From Ranitomeya imitator (Eukaryota): a DNA stretch of 64,000 nt. The notes under the pieces are model-generated. The model worked only from the letters and a program-made list of their open reading frames with translations. It made no database searches and was not told the origin of the DNA. The stretch lies in assembly GCF_032444005.1 (NCBI RefSeq), contig NC_091286.1, forward strand, positions 130,076,001 to 130,140,000, read 5' to 3'. Below, one piece after another: positions 1 through 12,930 of this stretch. A program made the position numbers and the translations under genes. How positions within the stretch are numbered: position 1 is the first letter of the stretch; every line of letters starts with the position of its first letter.

Positions 1-104
1 GTATAAGCATACACTGACAAGAACGCTGCCATCAGGTGACACTTTTTTGTAGGATGCTTCTGTATATTATTTAGTCAATGACACTATTCCCATATACGGT
101 ACTT

Positions 105-128
105 GGGGGGGGGGGGGGGGGGGGGGGG
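105..128. repeat. Poly-G run (24 nt)
   Basis: Uninterrupted G homopolymer about 50 bp into the intron downstream of the exon. Confidence 0.95.
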
Positions 129-175
129 TTGATTTCTACATACACTATATAGTGAAAAAAGTATGAATGCGGTAC

Positions 176-259
176 CTGTAATTTGACAACCCGTTCTTCT
201 TCATTAGCCGCATCTAGAAGATCGTCTATATCTATTTCTACTTCTGGCATTTCTTCTTC
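176..259 (-). CDS. ppp1r14c: Internal coding exon (exon 2 equivalent) of protein phosphatase 1 regulatory inhibitor subunit 14C (KEPI)
   Basis: Minus strand reads tttcctttcag|GAA GAA GAA ATG CCA...AAA TTA CAG|gtaccg: 84 bp, phase 0/0, canonical AG/GT. The peptide EEEMPEVEIDIDDLLDAANEEERVVKLQ matches human PPP1R14C EEEMPEVEIDIDDLLDADSDEERASKLQ (from memory) much better than PPP1R14A/B. Confidence 0.9.
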
Positions 260-3200
260 CTGAAAGGAAACAAGGATACAATGATTTTGAACAAAAAATG
301 TGCACAATATGCTAATCGTACGATAGAAAAGCCAGCAGTTGTGTATAATTCACGATTTATTATAATTATTAAATAGGGGGAGCCTTCCATGAAGCCAACA
401 ATTGAACTGCTGCAGCAGCGTGCAGAAATCCAGCCAGCGTCAGCAGTGCTTGTATGCTGTATAGCACATAGGAAACCGGCAACAAGCAGGAAAGTAGCAA
501 ATTAAAATGCTCAGTTCTTCAGAGTGCACAATGTTAGGAAGGAAATTGCAAAACTGACGTTTTCTTGCAAGCATTTTGCAATAATTTATACACTAATGAT
601 TAAAATGGGAATCACTCTAGGATACCAAGAAAAGTCAATAATTATATTAACTTATTCAAAAAGGAAACCAAGTCATTTTTAGACCCTGAATTACCCCTGC
701 ATTAGGTTGCTTCCCAGTATCTCAAACACTAACGTCAACTTGTAGTTTGGCAAAACAACAACTTTTATTAATAGTTCTTCAATAAAGTGCTGCTCCACAG
801 AACTAGAAAAAGCTATTACACCGCCTGAGCGACTACATTAAAATAAATTCCAAGCAGCGGGATTGGTGTGGCATTAAACAGTTGAGCGAATATGTTTGGA
901 ATCAGGCGCCAAATCTGAATTTGCCATATTGGTACTCTATTCATGTCGAATTTATGTTTGATGATAGTTTCTGAACATATTCGTTCATTTCTACTACCCA
1001 TTAACTCCAATGACGTTCAGCGAATATTGCAAAAAATAATATTAGACGATCATAATCAGAACCAAATTTTGAAAAATTCGCTTAACTCTAATCATACGCA
1101 CACAGACACACATGGGATACTGGAAAATAGCCCACTACAGGGCTGGAGTCAGTCAAAATAATGTGACCGATTCCCTTTAAGAGTTTTTTTCCCCATACCA
1201 TTTATGGTTCAGCATAATTTAAAATAAGCCAGGATCTCTCTGTTTTCCTTTTGTGCTGTACAGTAATGTGACTAGCACAGCACTTAAGAACAATCGCATG
1301 TCTATGCACAACAGATTCATTCTCTGAAATACACAGGAACCAGCGTGGTTGGGGAGGCTGAAGAGAACCAAATTCTCAAGCATGCCTACGTCAAAATAGA
1401 TCAGATATACAAGAACTGCAGGGCAAATCTTATTCAACATCCAATGGGCAAAAGTGAAGCCGGAAACATGCACAAAGAAAGCATTCACTAAATATGAGTA
1501 GGTGCTGTTACTTATTAAAATCAAGATTTCATGAAAATGCTTTTCACAGCAAAAAAAAAAAAAAAATAAAAACAGACACTTTGTAAGCAATGAAATATGT
1601 AGGTGCCATCAGCAGGAATTTCCATTGCTAGAAACGAGATGCGACCTAAGCTGGAGACCATCCAAATGCTGAACATGTAGGATAATAATAGGCACCATCT
1701 GACGCCATAGCAGAAAACACTGTTTCACATAGCTCTGTATTGTGCTGAAAATTACAAGCGAGCAGACTGCACACAGCATGTGCAAGTAGAAGCATTTAGT
1801 TCCCCGAGAGAAGATTATAAATAGCAGAATGCAGAGGGAGAATTCACGACAAACTGTTGTGAGCTTCCCATCAGCGCAGCACCAGTGTGTGCACAGCCAG
1901 TGTCAAGCCAAGTGGCCTCTGGTTTGCTTCGGCTCTACACTGGGCCATCAAGGGTAAGTTGTAGGGACACTTCATTGTCAGTTCTGGAAATGGATAGTCA
2001 TCATAAACAGAATGTACCTGGTCTAGAACATATGGGAAGCAAGACTAATACAGCAAGAAACGAGAAATTGTAAGGCAACATTCCTTTGCTGAACTCCTGA
2101 CACCTCACAAGTTATCAAGAAGTCCATAAAAAATAAAAAATTTACACACCACATCTAACAGCTAAATCTAATGATCGCTACTTCCTGCAGATTCCCCTGG
2201 ATCTCTACGCAGCATTCAACATGGTGGTTCACCAGCTCTTCCTCACCATGTGCTGCTCCATCAGCCTAAGGGCTCCTTTCCACTTGCGAGGAAAACGGAC
2301 GAGTGCAATCCGATAAAAAAAACAAAAAAAATCGGATTGCACTCGGACCAATGTTAGTCAATAGGTGTCTTCATTTGCAATTTTTTTCTCAGCCGAAATC
2401 GGAGAAAAAAAAAATAAAAAAAATCGCAGCATGCTGCGTATTGCTGCAATTCTCGGACGAGACTCGCCAATGCGAGTCAATGGGTTCGACAAAAAAAAAA
2501 AAACGCACAGCACTCGCACCATGCGAGTGCTGTCCAATTTTTACGCACCGGTGTCCTTTGAAAAGCCAGCAATTCAGCGCGGTGTACAGTAAAATCACAC
2601 TGACAGGTTAGATTAGAGTAGATATATACACACAGAATGGGTATATATACACATATATATGTCAGGGACATACATACATACATACATACATACATACATA
2701 CCAGCGCTAGATAGCAGAAAAGCCAGTAATTCAATTGCCGGCTTTTGCCATCTCCTTCACAAACCCGACATGATATGAGACGTGGTTTACATACAGCATA
2801 TCATCTCATATCCTTTTTTGTGCATATTCCACACTACTACTGTTAGTAGTGTGTATGTGCAAAATTTGGGCGCTCTAGCTATTAAATTTAAGGCTTAAAT
2901 CGCGGAAAAAAAAAATCGGGCAGATATTAATAGCCTGGAGAGGGTCCATGGTTATTGCCCCCCTTCCCCCGGCTAAAAAAACATCTGCCCCCAGCCACCC
3001 CAGAAAAGGCACATCTGGAAGAACTTTTCAGAATTATTTTCCCAGGCTCGAATTCATATGAGGACATCCAGCAGAGGGCACATCACCGCAACTCGAGGTA
3101 ACTACAGGTCATTCACCTACATTCCATTCATTCACTGGGGTTTTACAGGCAGGGGTGGCTGCATTAGCTTACAAGCAGAAGCTTACAGGCTTCTGCTTGT

Positions 3201-3264
3201 AAAATTAGTTAACCCCTTCAGATGGATTTACATCGTGGGATAAGACTGAACGACGGAAGGTATA

Positions 3265-4066
3265 TGTTGTGATAGGCAATTCAGTATCACAATGGACATA
3301 GCGGTCAGAGCACATACAGTGATCTGACAATAACCCAAAACAATAGAACGAGCTCTGAGACGTGGGAACTCCGCAGACCGCAATCCCTAATCCTCTCCAA
3401 ACAACACTAGAGGCAGCCGTGGATTGCGCCTAACTCCGCCTATGCAACTCGGCACAGCCTGAGAAACTAACTAGCCTGAAGATAGAAAATAAGCATACCT
3501 TGCCTCAGAGAAATACCCCAGAGGAAAAGGCAGCCCCCCACATATAATGACTGAGTTAAGATGAAAAGACAAACGTAGGGATGAAATAGATTCAGCAAAG
3601 TGAGGCCCGACTTTCTTAACAGAGCGAGGATAGGAAAGATAACTTTGCGGTCTACACAAAACCCTAAAGAAAACCACGCAAAGGGGGCAAAAAGACCCTC
3701 CGTACCGAACTAACGGCACGGAGGTACACCCTTTGCGTCCCAGAGCTTCCAGCAATACAATTAGACAAGCTGGACAGAAAAAATAGCAAACAAATAGCAA
3801 AGAAGAACTTAGCTATGCAGAGCAGCAGGCCACAGGAATGATCCAGGGAAAAACAAGTCCAACACTGGAACATTGACAGGAAGCATGGATCAAAGCATTA
3901 GGTGGAGTTAAGTAGAGAAGCACCTAACGACCTCACCAGATCACCTGAGGGAGGAAACTCAGAAGCCGCAGTACCACTTTCCTCCACAAACGGAAGCTCC
4001 CAGAGAGAATCAGCCGAAGTACCACTTGTGACCACAGGAGGGAGCTCTGCCACAGAATTCACAACA
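3265..4066. mobile_element. Solo LTR (802 bp)
   Basis: TGTTGTGA...TCACAACA termini; flanks ggtata/ggtatg; no internal ORF; second copy at 42665-43469. Confidence 0.85.
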
Positions 4067-4816
4067 GGTATGGGATATTGTTGATTTTTTATTTTTCCAT
4101 TTTTACAGAACGAGGGTCTTCAGGTGGATTAAGAGTCTAATAAAATATTACAACAACCTGTGTCTTTATTTCATTAAAATACTTTGTAATAATGTGTGTT
4201 TTATTAACCATTTCATACTATTGGATTACTAATGGATAGGTGTCAGAATTGACGCCTCTCCATTATTAATCTGGCTTAATGTCACCTTACAATAGCAAAG
4301 TGACATTAACCCTTCATTACCCCATATCCCACCGCTACACGGGAATGGGAAGAGAGTGGCCAAGTGCCAGAATAGGCGCATCTTCTAGATGTGCCTTTTC
4401 TGGGGTGGCAGGGGGCAGATGTTTTTAGCAAGGGGGGGGGGCAATAACCATGGACCCTCTCCAGGCTATTAATATCTGCCCTCAGTCACTGGCTTTACCA
4501 CTCTGGCGGAGAAAATTGCGCGGGAGACCACGCCAATTTTTTTCCGCGATTTAACCCTTACATTTAATACCTAGAGCGCCCAAATTTTGCACATACACAC
4601 TACTAACATTAGTAGTGTGGAATATGCAAAAAAATAGAATTATTCTTACCGTTAATTCGGTTTCTAGGAACCTTCCACGACAGCATACGGAGGTTGCCTC
4701 TTTGCCCTAATGGGGAACAGGAAATACGGAGAGGTTAAAAGGCCCTCCCACCTCCCCGTGACTTATAACTGAAAACCAAAGCACCTGTTTACCTTGAATC
4801 CCAGTTTAAATCTAGC

Positions 4817-4902
4817 GCCGTCGTGGAAGGTTCCTAGAAACCGAATTAACGGTAAGAATAATTCTATTTTCTCTAGTCACCTTCCACGACGGCATACGGA
4901 GG
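4817..4902 (-). other. DIRS-A internal complementary region (ICR)
   Basis: Back-to-back complements of both element termini joined at a TTTT tract (4867-4870). Confidence 0.9.
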
Positions 4903-4921
4903 AATACCAACTAATTTGGCG

Positions 4922-6445
4922 CTAGGGAGGGACAACGGCCTGGAGTACTTTCCGGCCGAAGGCTAAATCCTTGTTGAGCATTATGTCCAATCTGTAATGT
5001 CTGGAGAAAGTATGCAACGAAGACCATGTAGCTGCCCTGCAGATTTGTTCTGCTGATGCACCTGCTCTTTCTGCCCAGGAGACTGAGGTTGATCTAGTCG
5101 AATGAGCCTTGATTCCCACTGGAGTTTTATTTTGAGCAAGATATGCTTCTGCTATCGCTTTCTTGATCCAGTTAGCAATAGTACTTTTTGCTACTTTCTT
5201 CCCTTTATTTTGTCCTGATGGATGGACAAATAGATTTTGATCAAGTCTGTAAGAGCTGGTTTGCACTAGGTAAAATAATACAATGTGTCCAGCGTATGAA
5301 ATCTCTCTTTTGGATTTGTTGGATTTTGGCAAAAAGAAGGTAGAACAATTTCCTGGGAGCGGTGGAAATCTGATACGACCTTTGGAAGAAAGGAAGGGTC
5401 GAGGCGCAGTATTATAGAGTCATCTCTAATGGACAAATATGGTTCTCATTGAGAGGGCCTGTAACTCTCCCACCCTCCTTGCTGAGGAAATGGCCACTAG
5501 AAAAATTGTTTTATAGATAAGATTTTTCTGAGAGCAGGAGGATAATGGTTCAAAGGGTGGACCTGTAAGCCCTTGTAACACCAGATTAAGGTCCCATAAT
5601 GGTACTGTTATCCGTTTTTTAGGGTTCATCCTAGAAGCTGATATCATGAACCTCTTAATCCTGCGATGATTTGCCAGATCCTGATCAAATATTGAACTGA
5701 GGGCGGAAACTTGGACTTTTAGGGTGCTAGGCCTGAGGCCTATTTCTAAGCCTTTTTGCAGAAAGTCTAGAATTTGTGATAAATTCGGATTGAAGGGATC
5801 TGGTATTTCAGGAAGACAAAATGATGAGAATTTCTTCCAGACTTTATTGTATATAGCATTGGTTACTGGTTTCCTTGATTTTTGGAGTGTGGAAACCACT
5901 GGTTCTGATAGTCCTTTGGCTCTCAACACCTGGGCCTCAGTAGCCATGCCGCCAGATTCCATTTGTGGGCATCTAGGAGATGGATTGGTCCTTGAGAAAG
6001 AAGGTATTCTTCTATCGGAAATTGGATCGGGCCATCCACCTGTAAATCCATTATCAGGTTGTACCAGCTCCTCTTTGGCCACAATGGGGCTACCAATATA
6101 GTTGGTGTCTGTTCTTCCGAACTTTCTGCAAGACTTACCAATATCGGAATTGGTGGAAACGCATAGGCCAGCTGAAAATTCCATTTCTGGGCCAGTGCAT
6201 TCACTCCTCTGGAGCCGTCCCTGGGGTTTAGGGAGAAGAAGGCTTTGACTTTCGCGTTTTGGCGGGATGCAAAGAGGTCGATTTCTGGAAGACCCCATTT
6301 GTTCACAAGCATCTCGAAACTTCGGTTGCTCAAACACCATTCCCCCGGATGTATGTCCTGGCGACTCAGTCTTGCTTGAGTGTTGGATGAGCCCTTCAGG
6401 TGAACTGCAGTCAGGGATAATAGATGTCTTCCTGCCCAGGAACAT
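4922..6445 (-). pseudogene. DIRS-A tyrosine recombinase (frameshifted, internally deleted)
   Basis: ORFs 5426-6445 and 4922-5332: SRKPVTNAIYNKVW, STLKVQVSALS, LVAISSARRVGELQAL, IKAHSTRS...W...RHYRLD. Confidence 0.9.
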
Positions 6446-7600
6446 AATCGGGTAGATATGTTCTTCAGGTTGTTGTCCTTTGAACTGCCCTGATGTCTGA
6501 TGTGAGCCACCGCAGTCATTGTCCGAATATACTCGAACGTGATGTCCCTTGATAAGATGACCCCCTACTAGCAGAGCTTCCTCTACAGCCTTTAGTTCTC
6601 TGTAGTTGGATGACTTCCTGCTTGTTGTCTGGTCCCAGACCTTGGAAAGGGGTGTGATTTATCATGGCCCCCCAGCCTCTTTCGCTGGCATCTTTTGTAA
6701 CTGTAGTCAATGGGACTTGTGTCCAACTGACTCCTTTTTGTGAGTTTTTTGGGGTTACCCACCATGCCAGGGAGGCTTTGACACGACCAGGTGTGTACAA
6801 CCTCTTGTTCAAAGAACTGGGATGACCGTTCCAATTCTGCAGGATATGTGCCTGAAGACTTCTGGAATGGGCTTGGGCCCATGGTACCGATTGGATGCAG
6901 GCTGTCATGGATCCTAGAAGAAACATGCCTTCTCTGATTGTAGGGGATCTGGTGTCTCTGAACGTCTTGACCTTCGAAAGTAGGGTTAGACGATGGTCCA
7001 ATGGAAGGAAGGACATTGGTCTTGCAGAGTCCAGAAGAACTCCCAGGAATTTCCTGCATTTGGAGGGTCGTAGCTGTGATTTTTCCAGATTCTGAACCCA
7101 TCCAAGAGATGTCAGGATATTGAGAGTCTTTGACACATGAGACTCCAAGGTTTGTTTGGTAGGAGCCACTAACAAAAGGTCGTCTAGATACGGCACTATA
7201 CAGACGCCTTGCCTCCGGATAAAGGAGACTACTTCCCCCATTATTTTGGAAAATACTCTTGGTGCAGAGGAGATCCCAAATGGAAGGACGTTGAACTGAT
7301 AGAGCACTATCAGATGTCCCCTCTGTACTGCAAATTTGAGATACTATCGATGTGTCTGGTGAATGGGGATGTGAAAGTATGCATCTTTCAGATCGATAGT
7401 AGCCATGAAGGAGTGCGGGCTTATCAAGGGAATGGCATTTTTCACTGATTCCATCTTGAATCTTCGGTATTTTACATGCCGGTTGAGGCCTTTCAGATTT
7501 ATAATAATACAGGACTCGCCCGAAGGTTTGGGTACCAGAAACAGACGGGAGTACAAATTTTGAGAGTCTCCCCCCACACTGGGTCGAAGTCACCGCTTCT
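5923..7600 (-). pseudogene. DIRS-A pol: reverse transcriptase, RNase H and methyltransferase-like domain (disrupted)
   Basis: IDLKDAYFHIPI, FNVLPFGISSAPRVFSK, PYLDDLL (RT); TKDASERGWGA (RH); IDLFAS...YAFPP (MT-like). Split over several frames. Confidence 0.92.
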
Positions 7601-7987
7601 CCTGCTGAGACCGCTGCTGCTGTTGAGGGATAAGGATATTTCTCCCCCCTCCCTTTGGGTAACCATCTCCCAGGCTTGCCTTTTCCTCTGAGAGGTTTGG
7701 GTCTGAAAGGGACGAAAAAGCCGGATTACGTACCGGTAATGCTCTTTTAATGAGTCCACGACAGCACCCCACATGAGAGAGAGGGATCCGCCCATAGGAA
7801 CAGGAAACCTACAGAATAAAAGGAGGCGGTCCCCTCTCCTCCTCAGTTTAGTTTACAGAGTATAAAAAGGGAACCGCAAAAGTGTTAGTATTAATTCTTA
7901 TTCAGTAACATAAAATTCTTAACTCTATACAACCATTACTTGTGAACTTAAAGGAAAGAGCTGTGCATAATTTAGGGAGGGTAATAC

Positions 7988-8076
7988 ATGGGTGCTGTTG
8001 TGGACTCATTAAAAGAGCATTACCGGTACGTAATCCGGCTTTTTACCCTTCGCCACGACAGCACCCCACATGAGAG
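7988..8076 (-). other. DIRS-B internal complementary region (ICR)
   Basis: Complements of both termini joined at TTTTT (8040-8044). Confidence 0.9.
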
Positions 8077-8091
8077 ATTTTCAGAGAGTCA

Positions 8092-9200
8092 TTATTTGGG
8101 TGGGATTACTGTATTAAGAACAGCTCTACCAAAGGTCAGATCAGAAGATGTAGATAGATCAAGTCTATTATGGTTGTAAAAGGTAGAAGGTGTAGACCAA
8201 GTTGCAGCCTTACATATTAAATGGATCGGTACATCTGCTTGTTCCACCCAGGAGGAAGCCATGGCTCGTGTTGAGTGCGCTTTTATACCCACTGGAGGAA
8301 TCTCGCCTTTTGACGTATAGGCCAAGCAGATAGCATCTCTGATCCACCGAGATATGGTAGCTCTCGTGACCCCATGTCCTTTCTTGTGGCCCTGAAAGGA
8401 GATAAACAGAGCCCTACTCTCCCTCCATGTCTGACACCTTTCTATATAAGTCAGGATGGATCTTCTGACATCTAAGGTGTGGAACTTATGTTGTTCTGGA
8501 GTTACAGGTGAATCAAAAAAGGAAGGGAGAAATATTTCTTGTGACCTGTGGTAGGTGGACGCTACCTTAGGGAGGTATGAGGGGTCTGGTTTCAGGACTA
8601 TCCGATCATGAAATATCAGTAAGAAGGGTGGGTCTACTGATAGGGCCTGGATGTCGCTAACCCGTCTAGCTGAGGTTAGGGCTACTTTATATGTCAGGAC
8701 TTTTAAAGGTATTGAATCTAGTGGCTCAAATGGGGAGCTGGTTAAGGCCTCTAATACTAGATTTAAATCCCACGGAGGTAGACGGGGAATATGGACCGGT
8801 TTACTACGTTCACAAGATTTTATGAATCTGGAGATCCACCTATTAGCTGCTATATTGCATCCATATAGGGCTCCTAATGCTGAGACCTGAACTCTTAAGG
8901 TATTTACAGATAACCCTAACTCTCAGCCTTTTTGCAAGAACTCTAGGATAGGTGTGACTGGAACTTGCTTAGTGAACGGTACCGTGTAAAAGTCTAAAAA
9001 TTTATTCCATACCCTACTATATATTAGGGTGGTAGATTTTTTTTCTGCTCAATAAGAGGGTGTTTACTAGTTCTGCTGAGAACCCTCTTGAACTTAATAG
9101 TTGCCTCAAATTCCACGCCGTCAAGTGAAGACCTTTCACTTGCGAGTGGAAAAAGGGGCCTTGGAACAGCAGCTCCTTGTCTGATGGGAGAATCCATGGA
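8092..9200 (-). pseudogene. DIRS-B tyrosine recombinase (disrupted)
   Basis: C-terminus IKAHSTRAMASSW...ATWSTPSTFYNHNRLDL; the catalytic Tyr of HYRLD appears as Asn. Upstream parts are broken by stops. Confidence 0.85.
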
Positions 9201-11068
9201 TCGCATAGGCACATGGTCTGGAGACAAGAGAACCATGGTCTTTTCGGCCAGAATGGTGCAATGAGGATTACTCTTGCTTGTTCCTCTAGTGATCAGAAAG
9301 ATCAGGAGAGAATTAGTGACATTGGAGGAAAGGCGTAAGCCAGTCTGAACCTCCAAGGATGGTGGAGAGAGTCCAACATATTTGGGTAATCCATGGTGTT
9401 CAGGGAAGCGAACCTTTCTACTTGCCGGTTGTCTCTTGTGGCAAATAGGTCGATTTGTGGTATCCCCCATGATTCTGTTATTATTCTGAATATGGATTTG
9501 TTTAAGGTCCATTCCCCTTGACGTAACTCGTTCCGGCTGAGGTAGTCTGCCCTGATGTTTTCTACACCTCTGATGTGCAGGGCTGTTAGGGATGTTAGAT
9601 GAGTCTCCGCCAGCTGAAAGATGTCTGCAGCTATGGTCATTAGACTTCCTGACCTTGTACCACCCCGACGATTCAAATATGCCACTGCGATGGAATTGTC
9701 CAAGTAAATTCTTACATTTCCTCCATGAATCTGCGGAAGAAAATGATTTAAGGCATATTCTATTGCTTTTAACTCCTTCCAGTTGGAGGAACACGTTAAT
9801 TCTGCCTGGTCCCAAGTATTTTGGGCCAGATTGTCTTCCATATGAGCTCCCCACCCAATAGGGCTGGCGTCGGTGGTAATTATTTTAGACGGGTCTATTA
9901 TCCATGGCACACCCCCCGATAGGTGGTCCATGTCTAGCCACCAGGATAGTGATTCTAAGACATCTTTGGAAAGAGCTATTTTACTTTCTAGATATCCGTC
10001 TTTTCCCTGAGCCGATAATACTTCGTACTGCAATTGACGAGTATGGAATTGCGCCCAAGGTACAGCAGGGATACATGATGATAATGACCCCAGTAAGGAC
10101 ATGGCTTTTCTTAGTGTCATGTAGGGGTTGCGTATTGCGTCTGATACCCTTGATTGTATAGTCAGTCTTTTTGACTGAGGAAGGAAGCATTTCTGACTTA
10201 CGGAGTCTAGCTAGATTCCTAGAAATGTCTGAACGGTTTCTGGATTCAGCTGGGATTTTTCGAAGTTAACGATCCAACCTAACTCCTGTAGGGACGAGAT
10301 CGTATTAGATAAACGAGTTTTACACTGAAGTATAGAGTTTCCTACTACTAGAAAGTCATCTAGGTAGGGTATTATCAAGGTATCTCGTTGGCGTAGATGA
10401 GCCATCACTTCTAGTATCACCTTAGTGAAGACGCGAGGAGCCATATAAAGCCCAAATGGCATTGCTACATACTGAAAGTGACGAACCTGTCCCTCCAGGG
10501 TGACTGCCACCCTTAGGTACCGCTGATGTTCGGCATGTATGGGAAGATGATAATAGGCATCTTTTAAGTCTATTCCGGCCATGACACACCTAGGAAATAA
10601 AAGTTTTATGGTAGAACTAATGGATTCCATTTTGAAGGTATGATTACGCAGGAAGGAATTTAATCTTTTAAGATTTATGATGGTTCTAAATGAACCATCT
10701 GGCTTATTGATCAAGAATAAAGGGGAATAGAACCCCTTCCCTTCTTGATCCTGGGGAACTTCTATCAGGACCTTTTTACATAGAAGAGATAGGATCTCTG
10801 ATTCCAGAGCCCTTTGTTGGTCTTGACCCTTTGGTGATGTTACTATAAAGGAATCCCAAGGGATTCGGTTAAATTCCAATTTTAGGCCGTATTGCACAAT
10901 GTCCAGAATCCACTGGCTGGATGTTATCCGTTCCCATTGGGGAAGGAAGAATTTTAATCTGCCGCCCACTCCCTGGTTAGCGGTATTTGCGCTTCGAATT
11001 ATGGGACCCGCTAAAAAAGGCACCTTTTTGCTTCGGGTCCTTCGACTCCCATCGTTCCCTTTGTTCAA
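9024..11068 (-). pseudogene. DIRS-B pol (RT-RH-MT)
   Basis: ORFs 10211-11068 and 9302-10120 are in the same frame, separated by one TAG at 10211-10213. Motifs IDLKDAYYHLPI, MPFGL, PYLDDFL, TTDASPIGWGA, IDLFATRDN...YAFPP. Confidence 0.92.
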
Positions 11069-11069
11069 A

Positions 11070-12430
11070 TGGCTTGTTCCTGGTAAAGGGGCGTCTTTTG
11101 AAGGCTCTCCTGTTGGATGGAAGGTACTGGTTAGGGAAGCCTTTTTTCCTTTCTCCCGCTTTATTCAGGAGTTCATCCAGAGTCTTTCCAAAAAGGAACT
11201 CACCCTGGCAGGGAATCGCGCAAAGTTTTGCTTTGGCCTGTGCGTCCTTTCCAGTTCTTTAGCCAGAGTGCACGCCGAGCTGTGTTCACTAGGCCGGCTG
11301 ACCTGGCTGCAAGACGTAGCGAGTCCACCGAGGCATCAGCCAGGAATGCTACTGCTTCTTTAATTAGAGGAAATTTCGGCAGGATAGATTCCCTCGAAGT
11401 TGTACCTCTACTAGTATGGATGGAGCAATTGGAGGAACAGATTAGTGATCTTGCAGTGCAGGTACTAGATATGGCGGGCCTGAACGCCCCCGTATTGGCT
11501 TCCCACGACCTCTTTAGTAAAGCTTCTGCTTTACGATCCAGCGGGTCTGTCAGGACCCCTGAATCCTCCACTGGTAGGATTGACTGCTTGGTTGTGGAGG
11601 CTACAGCGGCATCCACCTTCGGCACTTTTGACCAGGTATTCAGCTCCTCATCGCCGAAGGGATAGCGTCTTTTAGAGGACGATGGTAGAAAACCTCTATT
11701 TTGCTTATCCCACTCCTTTTTAATGATTTCCTTAATGGTTTGTATGACGGGGAAGGACCTACGTTTCCTCTGTCCTAGCCCCGCGAACATTATGTCCTGA
11801 GCCGATTTCTTTTCCTTTTCATCTGGGCACCCCATCGTGCTCCTGACAGATTTTATTAAGTTGTTCACACTACTGTTGGGAAGACAAAGTCCCCCTTCAG
11901 TTTCGGATGAGCTCGACTGAGATCTCACTTCGCCTGAGGATATACATACATCCCCTGACTCCGAACTAACTGGAGATCGGGACCTGCTGAGCTGACGGGT
12001 ACTGGCGCTACTTGTCTGCGCCAAACCCTGCATTTCTTCCCGGATAATAGCTCTGACATCTGACGGAGTCATAATATTTTCCTGCCGTAGAGTTTGCATG
12101 ATACACTCCGAACATAGTTTTTTAGCATAATCATCCGGAAGGGGTTGCGTACATAAAGCGCATTCTTTGTGCTTAGATTTGTGTGTCCTTTTCTTAGTCT
12201 AGAGGAAGGATACAGGAGGAACATATATCAGCATATAGGAAGAGACTGTTTCAAAAACTCACCCAGTGAAGCTGACAGGTACCAGTTCTGGAGGCGGATT
12301 TTGTTTGGTGGTAGAACCTTTCTCTGGAGGTCGGCCACCACTCCTTGTGCTGCTCCTTGCACTTCTCTCCTTGCTGGGAGAGCGCTGTTGCACTGCGGGC
12401 AGGTGCGCTTCGTCGGCCGGTGAAGCCATC
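11070..12430 (-). pseudogene. DIRS-B gag (two putative exons)
   Basis: Open frame 12198 to 11200 with CALC-x12-CSEC and DIRS gag-like WSKVPKVDAAVA, DPLDRKAEALLKR, ARRALWLKNW. Upstream exon MASPAD...PPPEL. Confidence 0.8.
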
Positions 12431-12930
12431 TTACACACACACACACACACACCGGCCCGACACTAGCGCTGCATTTTTAAAACTGCCACCCATTCTCCTG
12501 CCTCCCCCGGAAGTGCTCCAGCGACTTCCGGGTTAGACGCGCCGCTCTCACTCACCATGCAGCGGCCGGAGGTATTAAGCCGGCCGCTGCAGCGCGCGCG
12601 TCCTCACAGTGCCGGTCGGACCTACGGTGACCGGACCCAGACCGTGGATGTTTGGCCAGACGAGGGGGGAGGCTGCAAGCAGGGGCTCCCCCGCCGCTGC
12701 TTCTGGAACCGCAGCCCCTGCCGTTCCCACAGACACCGACGCAGGCGGGTGCATGGCCCAGGGATCCTCTTCATCTGTAGGTAAGCCGGGTCCCTGTAGG
12801 AACAGGAAACCTAAACTGAGGAGGAGAGGGGACCGCCTCCTTTTATTCTGTAGGTTTCCTGTTCCTATGGGAGGATCCCTCTCTCTCTCTCTCTCTCATG
12901 TGGGGTGCTGTCGTGGCGAAGGGTAAAAAA

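Larger units (their letters stand above)
7715..12930 (-). mobile_element. DIRS1-like retrotransposon, family B (5.2 kb), nested in the gag 3' end of DIRS-A
   Basis: ITRs about 7752-7850 and 12812-12918, ICR at 7988-8076, gag/pol/YR on the minus strand. Removing it rejoins DIRS-A gag as ...QETPKKTFFRPFQTQ... Confidence 0.93.

Noticed and set aside
105-128. Poly-G run near the donor as a G-quadruplex or splicing enhancer
   Set aside because: On the transcribed strand it is poly-C, homopolymer length is error-prone, and there is no conservation evidence.
300-2260. Longest apparently unique stretch, next to the exon, with 60-120-aa ORFs
   Set aside because: AT-rich intron-like sequence whose ORFs have no homology cues; a conserved enhancer cannot be judged without alignments.
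5923-6300. Dam-like methyltransferase as bacterial or phage horizontal transfer
   Set aside because: It is the known C-terminal domain of DIRS1 pol, embedded in a complete DIRS structure.
10899-11665. Plus-strand ORFs of 91-154 aa antisense to DIRS-B gag/pol (also 5724-6101, 13221-13514)
   Set aside because: Shadow ORFs opposite coding sequence, with no recognisable domains.
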